Below, in pieces: positions 48,607-60,050 of a stretch of 64,000 nucleotides of DNA (the first letter of the stretch is position 1; the number at the start of each line of letters is the position of its first letter). A model generated the notes under the pieces. It worked only from the letters and a program-made list of their open reading frames with translations. It was not told the origin of the DNA and did no database searches. The DNA is from an uncultured candidate division Zixibacteria bacterium (lineage in GTDB: Bacteria > Zixibacteria > MSB-5A5 > UBA10806), in the NCBI GenBank assembly GCA_963801605.1, contig CAWDFP010000006.1:128001-192000 (forward strand), given 5' to 3'. Made by a program: the position numbers and the translations under genes.

Positions 48607-50412
48607 CTATCTTACTAATGGCGGGCAATCAGGGCAAGCCGAAACCATCGGACCGCCCTTAAAATATGCCACCATGAAAGTAACATCCAAACCGTTAAAT
48701 GAGCAGCTGCCGTTAACATCTCCAGCCACATAAAAGATTCCATGAGGCGGACAATCGCAGGAATACGGCGGAGGCGAGCCACCCTTGAAATAGCCGACGC
48801 TATAGGTAACATCAAGACCGTTGAAGATGCCGCTGTTATTAGCATCACCCAAAACATAGTCGCATCCGCCACCGGACCGAGCCGGGTTGGGGATTTTAAG
48901 ATAGACCACGGGATCGAGCGTCGGACTACCCTCGTTAAGAGGCAGGCCTCCAGCGTCCTTGTCATCGATATAAAGGATATGAAGATAATTATCGACATGC
49001 TCGGCCAGGCTTGACCAGTTATCGCTGTCGCAGAAGCCGGGTGCACAGTTTGGAGTCGGCGTATTAGTGAGATTCATCGGATTCCGCCAGTTATTTCCAT
49101 TATCTGTCGAATAAGTCATATAGATTTCGCCGTTACCGCAAGGCATGGCATTATCGCCGCCGCAGGGAGAGGGATCGGCGCTTAAAGTATCAAATTGAGC
49201 ATAATCCGACGGATCGAATCTGGTAAAGACAACGAAAAGGAAATTTGAATCGTCAACTCCGATAGACATCTTGGCGATTGGCAGGTTCCAGGCGCCCATA
49301 TCGCAGGGCCATTCGCGAACCGGATGCTCGTAGATGAGATTAATACCGGTTTGAGCCGACCAATGGAAAAGCGCCGTGCGATATAACACAACCATAGCAT
49401 TAGCGGTGTCGCGCGTTACATAGGCAGCGTTCCAGATAATATGCAGATTGTCGTTGTAATCGTACACCGCGTCAACATCGGTATATGCTCTGAGTGTGGT
49501 ATCGCCTTGAGCGGTTGGAGGGTAGGTCGTAATATAAACCGATCCGGTCCCAAAATCCCAATTAACGCCGTCAAGCGATTGAGAGTACATCACGTTATTA
49601 TCGTACTGATTCACATCCTGCATCGTTGGCTCGGTCCAGACGACAGCCGATTTTCCCGAAATAGGGCTGGAGGTGATAACCGGCGAGGCGGTATATCCAA
49701 AATCGAATATTATCGGATCGGTCCAGGTGGATGAACCAAAAGGCAGCCTGGTATACATATATCCAAAACGCTGCTGCGGATCATTGACCGCTTCGGATGC
49801 TACGGCCTGAATATTATCATTGGCGTCAATTGAAATTTTGGGCCAGATAAAATCGCCGGCGCCAATCGGGAATGAGGTGCTGTCGATAGTAAATTGTCCT
49901 AATCCCCTGCCGCTATCGAACGCCAGTCTGGTTCCGAGAGATAAAGAATTATGATAACCGATAACTGCAGTATTTCTGATCGACGGATTGGCAGCTCCAT
50001 TCCAAACATCGAGATTGGGATAGCCCGCCTGATCCCGTCCCGGTAACAACACTGGCGGCAATGAATCACCAGTTTGGGATATAAAACCATAATAAACGCC
50101 GCGAGGACTCAGCAATTGGTTGGATGATCCCATCCAGCAGAAATGTACGCCGCCGTTTCCATCAACGACGATGCGATTTCCCATCGAGCCATTGGATTGA
50201 AAATCGTAGTAGGTAGTCCCAACTATACGACCTGGAGAATCCAAAATCGTTCCGGGGCGTATTGGTTCTCCCGGTTTTGGCGAGATGTAAGGCCTTACAC
50301 CGCCGTCTCTATTGGCGGGATGAAAGCTCGTGTAGCTTTTGAGCGCTATTGCATTGGAGCTAATTAAAGCCAATGCTAATGCACCCGCAATCGCAACAAA
50401 TGATCTATTTAT
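48607..50412 (-). CDS. Secreted Asp-box/BNR beta-propeller-like protein with a C-terminal dockerin-like domain
   Basis: SD AAGGAG 7 nt before an ATA codon (50412) opening signal peptide INRSFVAIAGALALALISSNAIA; Asp boxes SLDGVNW and STDNGNNW; tail GDANNSGIFNGLDVTY...GDVNGSCSFNGLDVTF. Confidence 0.8.
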   Translation of the reverse strand: MNRSFVAIAGALALALISSNAIALKSYTSFHPANRDGGVRPYISPKPGEPIRPGTILDSPGRIVGTTYYDFQSNGSMGNRIVVDGNGGVHFCWMGSSNQLLSPRGVYYGFISQTGDSLPPVLLPGRDQAGYPNLDVWNGAANPSIRNTAVIGYHNSLSLGTRLAFDSGRGLGQFTIDSTSFPIGAGDFIWPKISIDANDNIQAVASEAVNDPQQRFGYMYTRLPFGSSTWTDPIIFDFGYTASPVITSSPISGKSAVVWTEPTMQDVNQYDNNVMYSQSLDGVNWDFGTGSVYITTYPPTAQGDTTLRAYTDVDAVYDYNDNLHIIWNAAYVTRDTANAMVVLYRTALFHWSAQTGINLIYEHPVREWPCDMGAWNLPIAKMSIGVDDSNFLFVVFTRFDPSDYAQFDTLSADPSPCGGDNAMPCGNGEIYMTYSTDNGNNWRNPMNLTNTPTPNCAPGFCDSDNWSSLAEHVDNYLHILYIDDKDAGGLPLNEGSPTLDPVVYLKIPNPARSGGGCDYVLGDANNSGIFNGLDVTYSVGYFKGGSPPPYSCDCPPHGIFYVAGDVNGSCSFNGLDVTFMVAYFKGGPMVSACPDCPPLVR

Positions 50413-50510
50413 TTTATCGCTCCTTTGTTTCGGCTCTTATCCCCGCATCCAACGGTTTACAACAAAACTCTCCAACGCCATGTTCCGCTCATTTGCGGAG
50501 GCAATTACCG

Positions 50511-53500
50511 CTATTTCAAAAGCGTCATCTTCATGGTCTGGCTGTTGGAGCCAGCGGAGACCTTGGCAAAGTAAACGCCGGAAGCCACTTGGGAAGCATC
50601 CCAGGTGATCGACTGCGGGCCAACACCAAAGTGACCGTTCAAGGTCTCTACCAACTGGCCGGTGATCGAGTAGATGGCTACTGTCACATCGGATTCGGTC
50701 GGCAGGGAGAACTTAATCAGTGTCTTGGCATTGAACGGATTCGGATAGTTCTGGCTGACTGCGAATTCGCTCGGTACGGGAGCGCCGACACGGCTCTCAA
50801 GCAAACGACCATAAGAATCGGAAATTGAGGATTCAACTATGTTCACACTGCCTGACCCCGAAACGGGCAAAGTAAAGAGATTTTGAGTACCGGCTGGAAT
50901 CCTGTTGCCCGCCAGGGAGTAAATAAGTATCGAAAGCACTCCGTCAACGTCACGAGAGATAATATCCATGCCCTGAGCAGGTATCGGTTCACCAATCTCG
51001 ATTTCGTTATGTGCGATACGGATTAAGGCGCCACCAATTTCGAGTTGACTGCTAACTTTAATATTCATATTGCCGCATAACTCCGAGGGCATACTGATTA
51101 GCGCCGAACCGGCCTGCGGATCAAGCTTCGGGGTGATAAATCCATTTATTATATTTACAAAACGAACCAGGTCGGCAATATCAGCATAGCCGTTGCCGTT
51201 GAGATCGCTGCCAGCTTCCTGTAAAGCGTCATTACCGGGATAATGCGTATCGGACGAACACGCCGGCGATTGCCCAAAGCTATCATCCTCCAGCCATACC
51301 GAGTTACTCTCAATAAGCCGGCGCGCTACCAGAACGGCATCAGCAATTTCATAGAACTGGCAGTTCAAATTGGGATCGCCTCGATAGTTTTCAGGATTGG
51401 CGATGCGCACGCAGCCATCAAATTTGGCAGGATGAACAAACTCATAGCCGGTTTCATCCGAAATGGTATTATCAGTATAATCAGTTGAATCGAATGTGAT
51501 CGGAATCTCCATATCCCAAGGCAATCCCGGAGCGACGGCAAAGACTAACTTTAAGATCGGTTCAGGGTTTGTAACAGCTCCCATGGGCGGAGTATAATGC
51601 CCATCGTTGACATTCGCAACCCAAACGAATCGGTCTGAGCCAGGACCGAGCGGATCGGGCACCCAATTATGATATTCCTGACCATACCAGGTGCGATCCA
51701 ACCATTCCACACTGGTGAGGTTCAAGGCCGTAGGATCAGTTGAGATAAGGAGTTCAAATCCTCCGACACATCCTTCGTTATAGAGGCTGATGAGAACCTC
51801 AGCGTTGGAACCAGAAACCGCATCAGCGCAATTGAGAAGAAGCTGCGATGTATTCCCCAACTCCCCGCATCCAATTGTATCGGGAGGAGTGACTTGCAGG
51901 TCCCAAACCACCGTATCGCGGCTATTTGACAAGCCGCGGTTATCATCGGCAAAGAAGCGGAAATAGTGAACCCCGGTATCGCCGGGAGCCGTTGTCCAAT
52001 TGAAGTTGCCCAAACCTCCGCCATTATCGATAAATGATGAACCAACTGGCAAGCTTGCAGCTGTTAAGGTAAGGATATCATCCAAATCAGGATCGTTAGC
52101 CTGCAGGCTTAAGGAAACCGTACGTCCGGCAATAATTGTATGAGGCCCGCTGACTAACAGGTCGGGCTTTCTATTGGAGTTAAGAACTGTGAGAGAAATA
52201 TTTACAGTAGCGGTATCAACGTTAAGAAGAGCCCGCATCGAATAAGCAAGAAGGCGAACAGGGAACGGCGAGCCGACTGATGACCAGGGTCCGGCATAAT
52301 TGAAGGTGATTCTGGCAAAGGCAGTATCACCGTTCACACGGAGTGAATATCCCGGGAAGGTCGAATCCGGCGAGGGCGGCAGGAACGTAAAACTAAATCC
52401 GCCCATCGGGTCACCATCGGGATCATGAGCTCTAAAGACCACCGAATCGGGTTGCCCTTCATGGAAGATAGTGGGCGAATATAGAATTTGTATCACCGGA
52501 ACGCCATCAGGGAATACGCTTATTGTTACGTTGGCAGTATCGACTCCGCCTCGACCATCGGCAGCGGCAAACCTGACAATATAAGGCGAACCACCGAGAT
52601 CGGCGCTGGTCGGGGTCCAGGAGAAGCTGGCTGATACAGGGGACGGTCCGGATGCGCCGGGGAATGTACCGGGACCGGAAATCTTTGAAAGCGTTAGGTT
52701 ATTGTCAGCGTCGAGATCGTTAGCGGCCACGCTGAAGATCAGAGGATGATCCACCATGGCGGTATAATTGGAGCCGACCACGATCGCAGGTATGCGGTTG
52801 TTGTCATTTACTGTAAGAGAAAGCAGAAGAGTGTCGACGCTAAAATTATCGGAGGCGATGACCCTATATGGGAACGGTGAATTTGCATTTGAGAATTCAC
52901 CCAGATAATCGAATGTGACGATAACTCTTATCAGGTTTCCTACCAGATCAGCGGAGTATCGTGCAGGCGCAGAGGCATGACCGGGGAATGACGAATTAAA
53001 GGTCAGGCTGGCCGGATCGTAACCGCCCAGCGCTACAAAGAACGAATCGGCCGATTCTTCGGTGTAAATCGGCGGTTCGCCAATACCTCCATAAATATGC
53101 ATATCTATCCCCGATGGCCTGACATGAATATTAACGGTATCGTTAGCAATTCCGCCCAAGCCGTCGGAAACCGAGAAGATAACCTGATGAGCACCAATAT
53201 CGCCCAAAATGGGAGTCCAGCTATAGTTACCGACAACAGGCGGTTGGCCCGGAGTAGAAATGAGGATTCCCGGCCCGTTGAGCTTGGAAAGAGTTAAGGT
53301 GTTATCGAGATCAGGATCATTACCGCTGACATTGAATGCCAGCACTGCGCCAACATTGACGGTGGTATCGTTTATCGAACTGATCGATGGCATTCGGTTG
53401 TTGTCATGAACGATCAAGGATAGATCAAGTGTATCGGCGGAATGACCGTCCGAGGCAATTACTTTATAAGCAAATGGTGATTGAACCGAGGAGAACTCGC

Positions 53501-56500
53501 CGAGATAATCGAAAATGCTTACGGCCTTAATATTCGATCCGATCAATGCAGTTGAATATCTTGATGGTAAACCTGCATGACCCGTAAATTCGGTTGTATA
53601 AACAAGGCTTCCGAGGTTGCCGCCAGTTATAGAAACCAGGAATGAATCTGCTACCTCTTCAGTGAATTCGGGTAATGTACCGCCAACCACAGCTAATACA
53701 ATGCTTACATTGACCGTTACATGCGTAACCGAAGTGTCGGCCGCTCCGCAAGCATCGGTACAAATCTGGGTTATGGTGTTAGCTCCCTGAATCGGCGTAA
53801 AGCAAACGGAATCACCGCTTAAGGTACCGCCGATAACAATTCTCGATACCAGGTTGTTGTCTATATCGCTGGCGCTAAAGCCGCGCAGACAGATCGGTGA
53901 GAGATCGTTGACAATAAGTGAAGTATCGGCGTGACCAAGCGCAACCGGGGCGCTGTTTAATGTGATTGTAATATTGGTGATGCCGGTATCAGCGACTCCG
54001 CAGGCGTCAAGAGCGATCAGGCGAAGAGTATTTAGGCCCGCCACAGGAATGAAGCAGGCAGAATCACCGTGCAATGTTCCACCGATTAATGTTGTCGAAA
54101 CGATATTGGCATCGAGATCGCTGGCGCCGAAGCCGCGCAGGCAAATCTGATCGAGATTGCAAACGAACATCGCTGTATCGGCGTGTGAAACTACCACCGG
54201 CACATGATTGAGCGTAACCGTAACAACAGTTATGCTGGTATCGGCGGCACCGCAGGCATCAGTTACGATATAAGTTATCGTATTTGGCCCTGCTACAGGG
54301 GTGAAGCAAACCGTATCGCCATGTAACACTCCACCTAAAGCAATTCTCGAAACCAAATTATTATCGGGATCGCTTGCCGTGAAACCAGGCAGACAGATTT
54401 GATCTAAAGTACAGACGAACATATTTTGATTGGATGGCGAAACAGCACTTGGCGGCTGGTTAACTGTAACTGTCACCACCGTGAATGAAGTGTCAGCCAA
54501 GCCACAAGCATCGGTGGCAACAAGTCTTAGGGTATTAGGCCCAGCCACAGGCGTGAAGTAAGCCGTATCTCCGTGCAGTGTTCCGCCGGTAAGAATCTTT
54601 GAAACCAGGTTGCCATCAGGATCGGCAGCGGTAAAGCCGGGCAAACGAATTTCAGTCAAAGCACAGACGAACTGGTTGGAGTTAGGAGGCGATACCGCGT
54701 CAGGCGGACGGTTAAGTGTTACAGTCACAATAGTAATTGACGTATCGGTTAAGCCACAAGCGTCGGTGGCCACAAGTCTCAGGGTATTGGCTCCAACGAC
54801 TGGAGTAAAGTAGGCTGTATCTCCGTGCAGTGTCCCGCCGGTGAGTATCTTTGAAGTTAAATTACCGTCCGGATCTGTAGCTGTAAAACCAGGTAAACGA
54901 ATCTCCGTCAGAGCGCAAACGAATTGGTCAGAGTTGGGAGGCGAGACTGCGTCAGGTGGACGGTTAAGCGTTACCGTCACAATAGTAATTGATGTATCAG
55001 CCAAACCGCAAGCGTCGGTAGCGATAAGTCTTAAGGTATTAGGTCCGACTACGGGAGTGAAGTAAGCTGTATCGCCATGTAGAGTCCCACCATTAAGTAC
55101 CTTTGAAGTCAGATTGCCATCAGGATCGGTGGCGGTAAAGCCGGGCAGACGAATCTCATTCAATGCGCAAAGGAACTGCTGGCTATTAGCCGGGCTGACG
55201 GCATCAGGGGCATGATTCTGGGTTATGGTAACGACTGTAATTGATGTATCGGCTAAGCCACAGGCATCAGTGGCAATAAGTTTTAAAGTGTTTGGTCCCA
55301 CGACTGGAGTGAAGTAAGCCGTATCACCATGCAATGTGCCACCGGTGAGAATCTTGGAAATAAGATTGCCATCAGGATCAGTAGCCGTAAAGCCGGGCAG
55401 ACGAATTTCAGTTAATGCACAAACAAATTGGTTGGAGCTTGGAGGTGATACCGCGTCAGGCGGGCGGTTTAGCGTTACGGTCACAACGGTAATTGACGTA
55501 TCCGTTAAGCCGCAAGCATCAGTGGCGACCAGTCTCAGGGTATTGGCTCCAACTACAGGAGTGAAGTAAGCCGTATCTCCATGTAGTGTGCCGCCGGTGA
55601 GAATCTTTGAAACGAGGTTGCCATCAGGATCGGTAGCGGTGAATCCGGGTAGACGAATCTCGGTCAGAGCGCAAACAAACTGGTTGGAATTGGACGGACT
55701 GACCGCATCAGGTGGACGGTTTAAACGTAACTGTCACCACTGTTATCGATGTATCAGCTAAGCCACAAGCGTCAGTGGCCACAAGCCTTAGGGTATTGGC
55801 GCCAACTACTGGAGTAAAGTAGGCCGTATCTCCATGCAATGTCCCGCCGGTAAGTATCTTTGAAGTTAAATTACCGTCCGGGTCAGTAGCTGTAAAACCA
55901 GGTAAACGAATCTCCGTCAGAGCGCAAACGAATTGGTTAGAGTTGGGAGGCGAGACTGCATCGGGCGGACGGTTAAGCGTTACTGTTACAACCGTAATTG
56001 ATGTATCAGCCAAACCGCAAGCATCGGTAGCGATAAGTCTTAAGGTATTAGGTCCGACTACGGGCATGAAGTAAGCCGTATCACCATGTAGACGTCCCAC
56101 CGGTAAGTACCTTTGAAGTCAGATTGCCATCCGGATCGGTAGCGGTAAAGCCAGGTAGACGAATTTCGGTTAAGGCACAAACGAACTGGTTGGAGTTTGG
56201 AGGTGATACCGCGTCAGGCGGGTGGTTTAGCGTTACGGTCACAACGGTAATTGACGTATCCGTTAAGCCGCAAGCATCAGTGGCGACCAGTTTCAGGGTA
56301 TTGGCTCCAACTACAGGAGTGAAGTAAGCCGTATCACCATGTAATGTGCCGCCGGTGAGAATCTTGGAAACAAGATTGCCATCCGGATCGGTAGCCGTAA
56401 AGCCGGGCAGACGAATTTCAGTCAAAGCGCAGACGAATTGAGAACTATTCGCGGGGCTGACAGCATCCGGAGCCCTATTTTGAGTAACAGTAACAACCGT

Positions 56501-58415
56501 TATGGATGTATCCGTGAGCCCGCAAGCATCAGTAGCCATGAGTTTTAGGGTATTGGCGCCAACTACTGGAGTGAAATAAGCGGTATCTCCATGTAGTGTA
56601 CCGCCGGTGAGAATCTTCGAAACCAGATTGCCATCGGTATCGGTAGCTGTGAAGCCGGGTAGACGAATCTCGGTAAGAGCACATACAAACTGATTGAGCT
56701 ATTGGCCGGGCTAACAGCATCAGGCGGACGGTTAAGCGCAATGTGACAATCGTTGTCGATGTATCTGTTAAACCACAGGCGTCCGTAGCTACCAGCTTTA
56801 GAGTATTGGCTCCCACCGCCGGAGTGAAATAGGCTGTATCTCCATGCAGGGTTCCGCCCAGTAGAGTTTTGGATATTAAATTGCCATCCAGATCAGAAGC
56901 AGTAAAGCCGGGCAGCCGAATCTCGGTTAGAGCGCAAACAAATTGAGAGCTATTGGCCGGGCTAATAGCGTCAGGAGGACGGTTAAGGGTTACTCCTACA
57001 ATTGTCGTGCACGTATCGGCTAATCCGCAGGCATCTCGCGCAATTACGGTCAGGGTATTGTTACCCACAACGGGAGTAAAAGTCATGGTATCGCCGTGCA
57101 GCGTGCCCCCTAAAGCGGTAATCGAAGTAATATTATTATTGGGATCCGAATATACAAAACCGGGAACATTGATCGGTGTTAACGAACAAACAGTAAAGTA
57201 AAGATCACAGGCTCCAGTTCCATGTCCGGGGCAGATAACCAATGGCGGAGCGTTGATAGCAACATCAACGGAATAAACCGCAGTATCGGCCAGCCCACAT
57301 GAATCGACTCCAACGATCGTAAAATTGTACATTTGGGAGTTTGGTCCCGGAGTGAAACTAACCACGCCGGTGCTGCCATTGATGGTGCCCGGGCCGCTCA
57401 ATTTTTCAAAATAGCGGAAATTTCCATCGTCGATATAATTAACATCGAATGTAAATAAAGCCGGGGAACATTGAAAAACATGAAATGAGTACGGTGGCTG
57501 CAGTTCGGGAGCGCTATTATACATACAGGGATTATAAACGCAACTTGCGGAAAATTCGATACCATCGCCTTCATAAGCGAAAGCGCCAGCGAATTTCTGT
57601 CCATAAGTATCGCACAATAGGGTGCCTAATACGCGATCACAGGGATAAGCCTGGTTGGAAGCGATCAGACCAAATTTGTTATAGCTGTTTCCATTTCCGG
57701 AATGCCGAGTAAAAGCCGAGGTGTTTCTCGATCCGCTATGGCCGCTGGCCGCATAGGGATCAGAAATACCGGCGTATGTGTCAGAAAATCCGGGAACATC
57801 AGCCAGCTTGGTTCGATCAGCCCCCAGGAATATATGCTGCGCGTCAAAATGATTATTATCCCAGCCATCAGACCATACATTAAAATCTATAGCACATCCT
57901 AAAATATTGATTTTCATATAATCGGTGGAATCATGCTGGCCCGAAGTGTATCTGACCGAAACATCCCACCAGATTTCATATAGATTAGTATCCCATTGGT
58001 ACCATCCCCAGCGGTCATTTTGTTTATAGCAATATGAATCGCTTGAATCGGCATATAATTCAAAATTAGTGGCAAAAACATTTACACCGGGCGTCGGCGG
58101 GGCGCTCATAGACGCCAGAACACTGCCATGATAATCCTCAGCGCCACCAGTGGTTTTGTAGATACGATTAGCTATATTCCAGGAGCCATTACCATCCACC
58201 CAAATATAAAATCCGCCGGAGTCGGAAATAACTCTGGGCAAAGTCGGGGCACCCAAAAAATAGGTAGTATCGACTTGCTTATAATTGGGAGGCGGACCCG
58301 GAGGAACATTGCTTGGAGGGCTGTAATATGCAAGCGCCGAATCGCCTAACAGAAAGAAGGAAGCCAGTAGACAAAATACCATAGCTCCCAGCGCGAACCT
58401 GGTATCAGATTTCAT
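50511..58415 (-). CDS. Giant (~2,630 aa) surface protein: N-terminal domain, ~15 x 84-aa repeats, cadherin/Ig-like domains, cohesin-like, dockerin-like, T9SS-type C-terminal tail (frameshifts near 55720, 56090, 56640-56740)
   Basis: Four ORF-track pieces join through the same repeat register; signal peptide after MKSDTRF; tail SQNYPNPFNAKT...YFAKV...KMTLLK. Confidence 0.85.
53700..57000 (-). repeat. Intragenic tandem repeat, 252-bp / 84-aa unit, about 13 copies (10 near-identical)
   Basis: Unit NRPPDAVSPPNSNQFVCALTEIRLPGFTATDPDGNL..K.LTGGTLHGDTAYFTPVVG.NTL.L.ATDACGL.DTSIT.VTVTL; two more diverged units extend to ~57520. Confidence 0.9.
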
Positions 58416-58480
58416 AGAAGATGTCCTTAATGCCACTTTAATTTGCATCGAAAAATTTTAACAAGATAATAGTTAAGCTC

Positions 58481-58646
58481 CCTGAGAAAATGTACTCAGG
58501 CGCACGTTACCGTGCACTTTAGTTATTGAAGATCTTTCGTGAAGAACCTGGGGTTAGCCTTTCGGCCTTTCCTGATTTCCCAAAACCCCAAGGGACAAAA
58601 TAAGCTAATTACAGCTTTAATATACCCAAGTCTATTTTCCTGTCAA
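58481..58646 (-). promoter_or_regulatory. Promoter and structured ~200-nt 5' leader of the giant gene
   Basis: TTGACA-N16-TATATT at 58646-58619; leader hairpins GGCC-GAAA-GGCT, GCACG-GTAA-CGTGC and CCTGAG-N8-CTCAGG. Confidence 0.5.
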
Positions 58647-58700
58647 GAAAATACTATAAATGCCGAAAAAATAAATATGAAGGTAAAGTTCTGCTTAAAA

Positions 58701-58886
58701 ATGAAAAAAGCACTGGTCGGCACGATTTCTGTAGATTATCTCGAAATTAACTGGCAAGAAGACTTAAACCAGGAGCAGTTGGCCGGTCGCTTTAATACCT
58801 GGTTATATGACGAATCCTTTATCGAACAGCGCCTTCCCGATCTCAAAGAAGCTGCTTATTGTCAGCTTATGATTGATCCCTCATAA
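58701..58886 (+). CDS. Small hypothetical protein (61 aa)
   Basis: MKKALVGTISVDYLEINWQEDL...; protein-like composition in an otherwise empty interval. Confidence 0.45.
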   Translation: MKKALVGTISVDYLEINWQEDLNQEQLAGRFNTWLYDESFIEQRLPDLKEAAYCQLMIDPS

Positions 58887-60044
58887 GGAATCAATTTTTT
58901 GGGTCAACTTCATAAAAGGCAACAGCTTAATCCCAACCCTTCCAAACAGAAGCCTGATTGCAATAAGTTCGTCGGTATTGGCCTTTGAGGCGTCAACACA
59001 AAGCGTAAGCCGGTGAGGCGAACTCTCGTTCAAAAATTGAGTCATCATGTCGAACTTAAGCTGGGATAATGACTTATCGCTTCTAACCAAATCAAGCTTT
59101 ATTACCGGTATGCCTGATTCGATGGCAATTTTATCAGTGCTGTCGGGATAATCCTCTGAGCACAGATATGAGAGTCTGGCCCGTCGGGCCTCATTCAAGA
59201 TTCCTCTGATAGCTTTTGGCTCAATTCCAGTTGAAGCCTCAAAAAAAATCGCCTTAGCTCCCGGATGACGGGCAAAAAGGCCCGTAGATGATGATTTTTC
59301 TACGATGTTTTTTTTCTTTTTATCGACTTTGCCGGTTTTACCAGCCTGGCCAAGCATCCTTAATCCATCACCGTTAGCAGGCAATTGTAGGATAGAAGTA
59401 ATATTCCCTTTGGAAAAGAGCCTGAGCATATCTCCGGATGGGTAATAATCGTTCCCACCAATATAGGAAAAAACCACTCCGCTTCGGATGAGTTTAATGA
59501 TATCGTCCTCTTTCATGCCTCCCAGATTACTAAATACTACCGCTAATTGGCGGTCGGCAAGAATGGCATTGCGGCCCGTATCGAGAATTACTTTGGCGCC
59601 TACGAGTCTACCCGATTGAAGCGAACATTCAAGCCAACCCAGTTTGGATGATTCACGGCAATCGCACTGGAGTTGTCTTTCGCCCGTCATTACGCTTAGT
59701 CTTTGCGCAAAAGCAATAAAGGGAAGCTCGGCCGGCCATCCCTGACGGTATTGATGGAAAGCAGGCCCCTGGGTTTGAGTCAAGTTAGATTCGATAATGG
59801 CAGAATCTGTTAAGCCGAAGCTTCGGCAGCATGCCATTACTATCGAATCCGAAATGGCCGTTATATTTGCCGGCGGTGTTGGCTTGGCTGCAATAACCGG
59901 TATTGTTTCCTTAGGTTTGGGTGTTTGGAAACGATAAAACGCCACCACTCCTAATGCTAAGGCAAGGAAAGCAAAAAATATCCCCATGAATGGCGGGCCC
60001 TTTCGCGCTCTCTCTTGCCTGCTTACTCGTTGCCTGTATTCCAT
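58881..60044 (-). CDS. Membrane-anchored protein resembling a degenerate divergent polysaccharide deacetylase (YibQ-like)
   Basis: N-terminal TM, Pro-rich linker, LAVVFSNLG (cf. LAIVIDDLG), ILQLP; catalytic Asp/His apparently absent. Confidence 0.5.
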   Translation of the reverse strand: MEYRQRVSRQERARKGPPFMGIFFAFLALALGVVAFYRFQTPKPKETIPVIAAKPTPPANITAISDSIVMACCRSFGLTDSAIIESNLTQTQGPAFHQYRQGWPAELPFIAFAQRLSVMTGERQLQCDCRESSKLGWLECSLQSGRLVGAKVILDTGRNAILADRQLAVVFSNLGGMKEDDIIKLIRSGVVFSYIGGNDYYPSGDMLRLFSKGNITSILQLPANGDGLRMLGQAGKTGKVDKKKKNIVEKSSSTGLFARHPGAKAIFFEASTGIEPKAIRGILNEARRARLSYLCSEDYPDSTDKIAIESGIPVIKLDLVRSDKSLSQLKFDMMTQFLNESSPHRLTLCVDASKANTDELIAIRLLFGRVGIKLLPFMKLTQKIDSL

Positions 60045-60050
60045 ATTTTC

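Noticed and set aside
6205..48870. Diversity-generating retroelement TR/VR pair from the duplicated dockerin DNA
   Set aside because: Both copies are in-frame coding, differences are not adenine-specific, and no reverse transcriptase is present.
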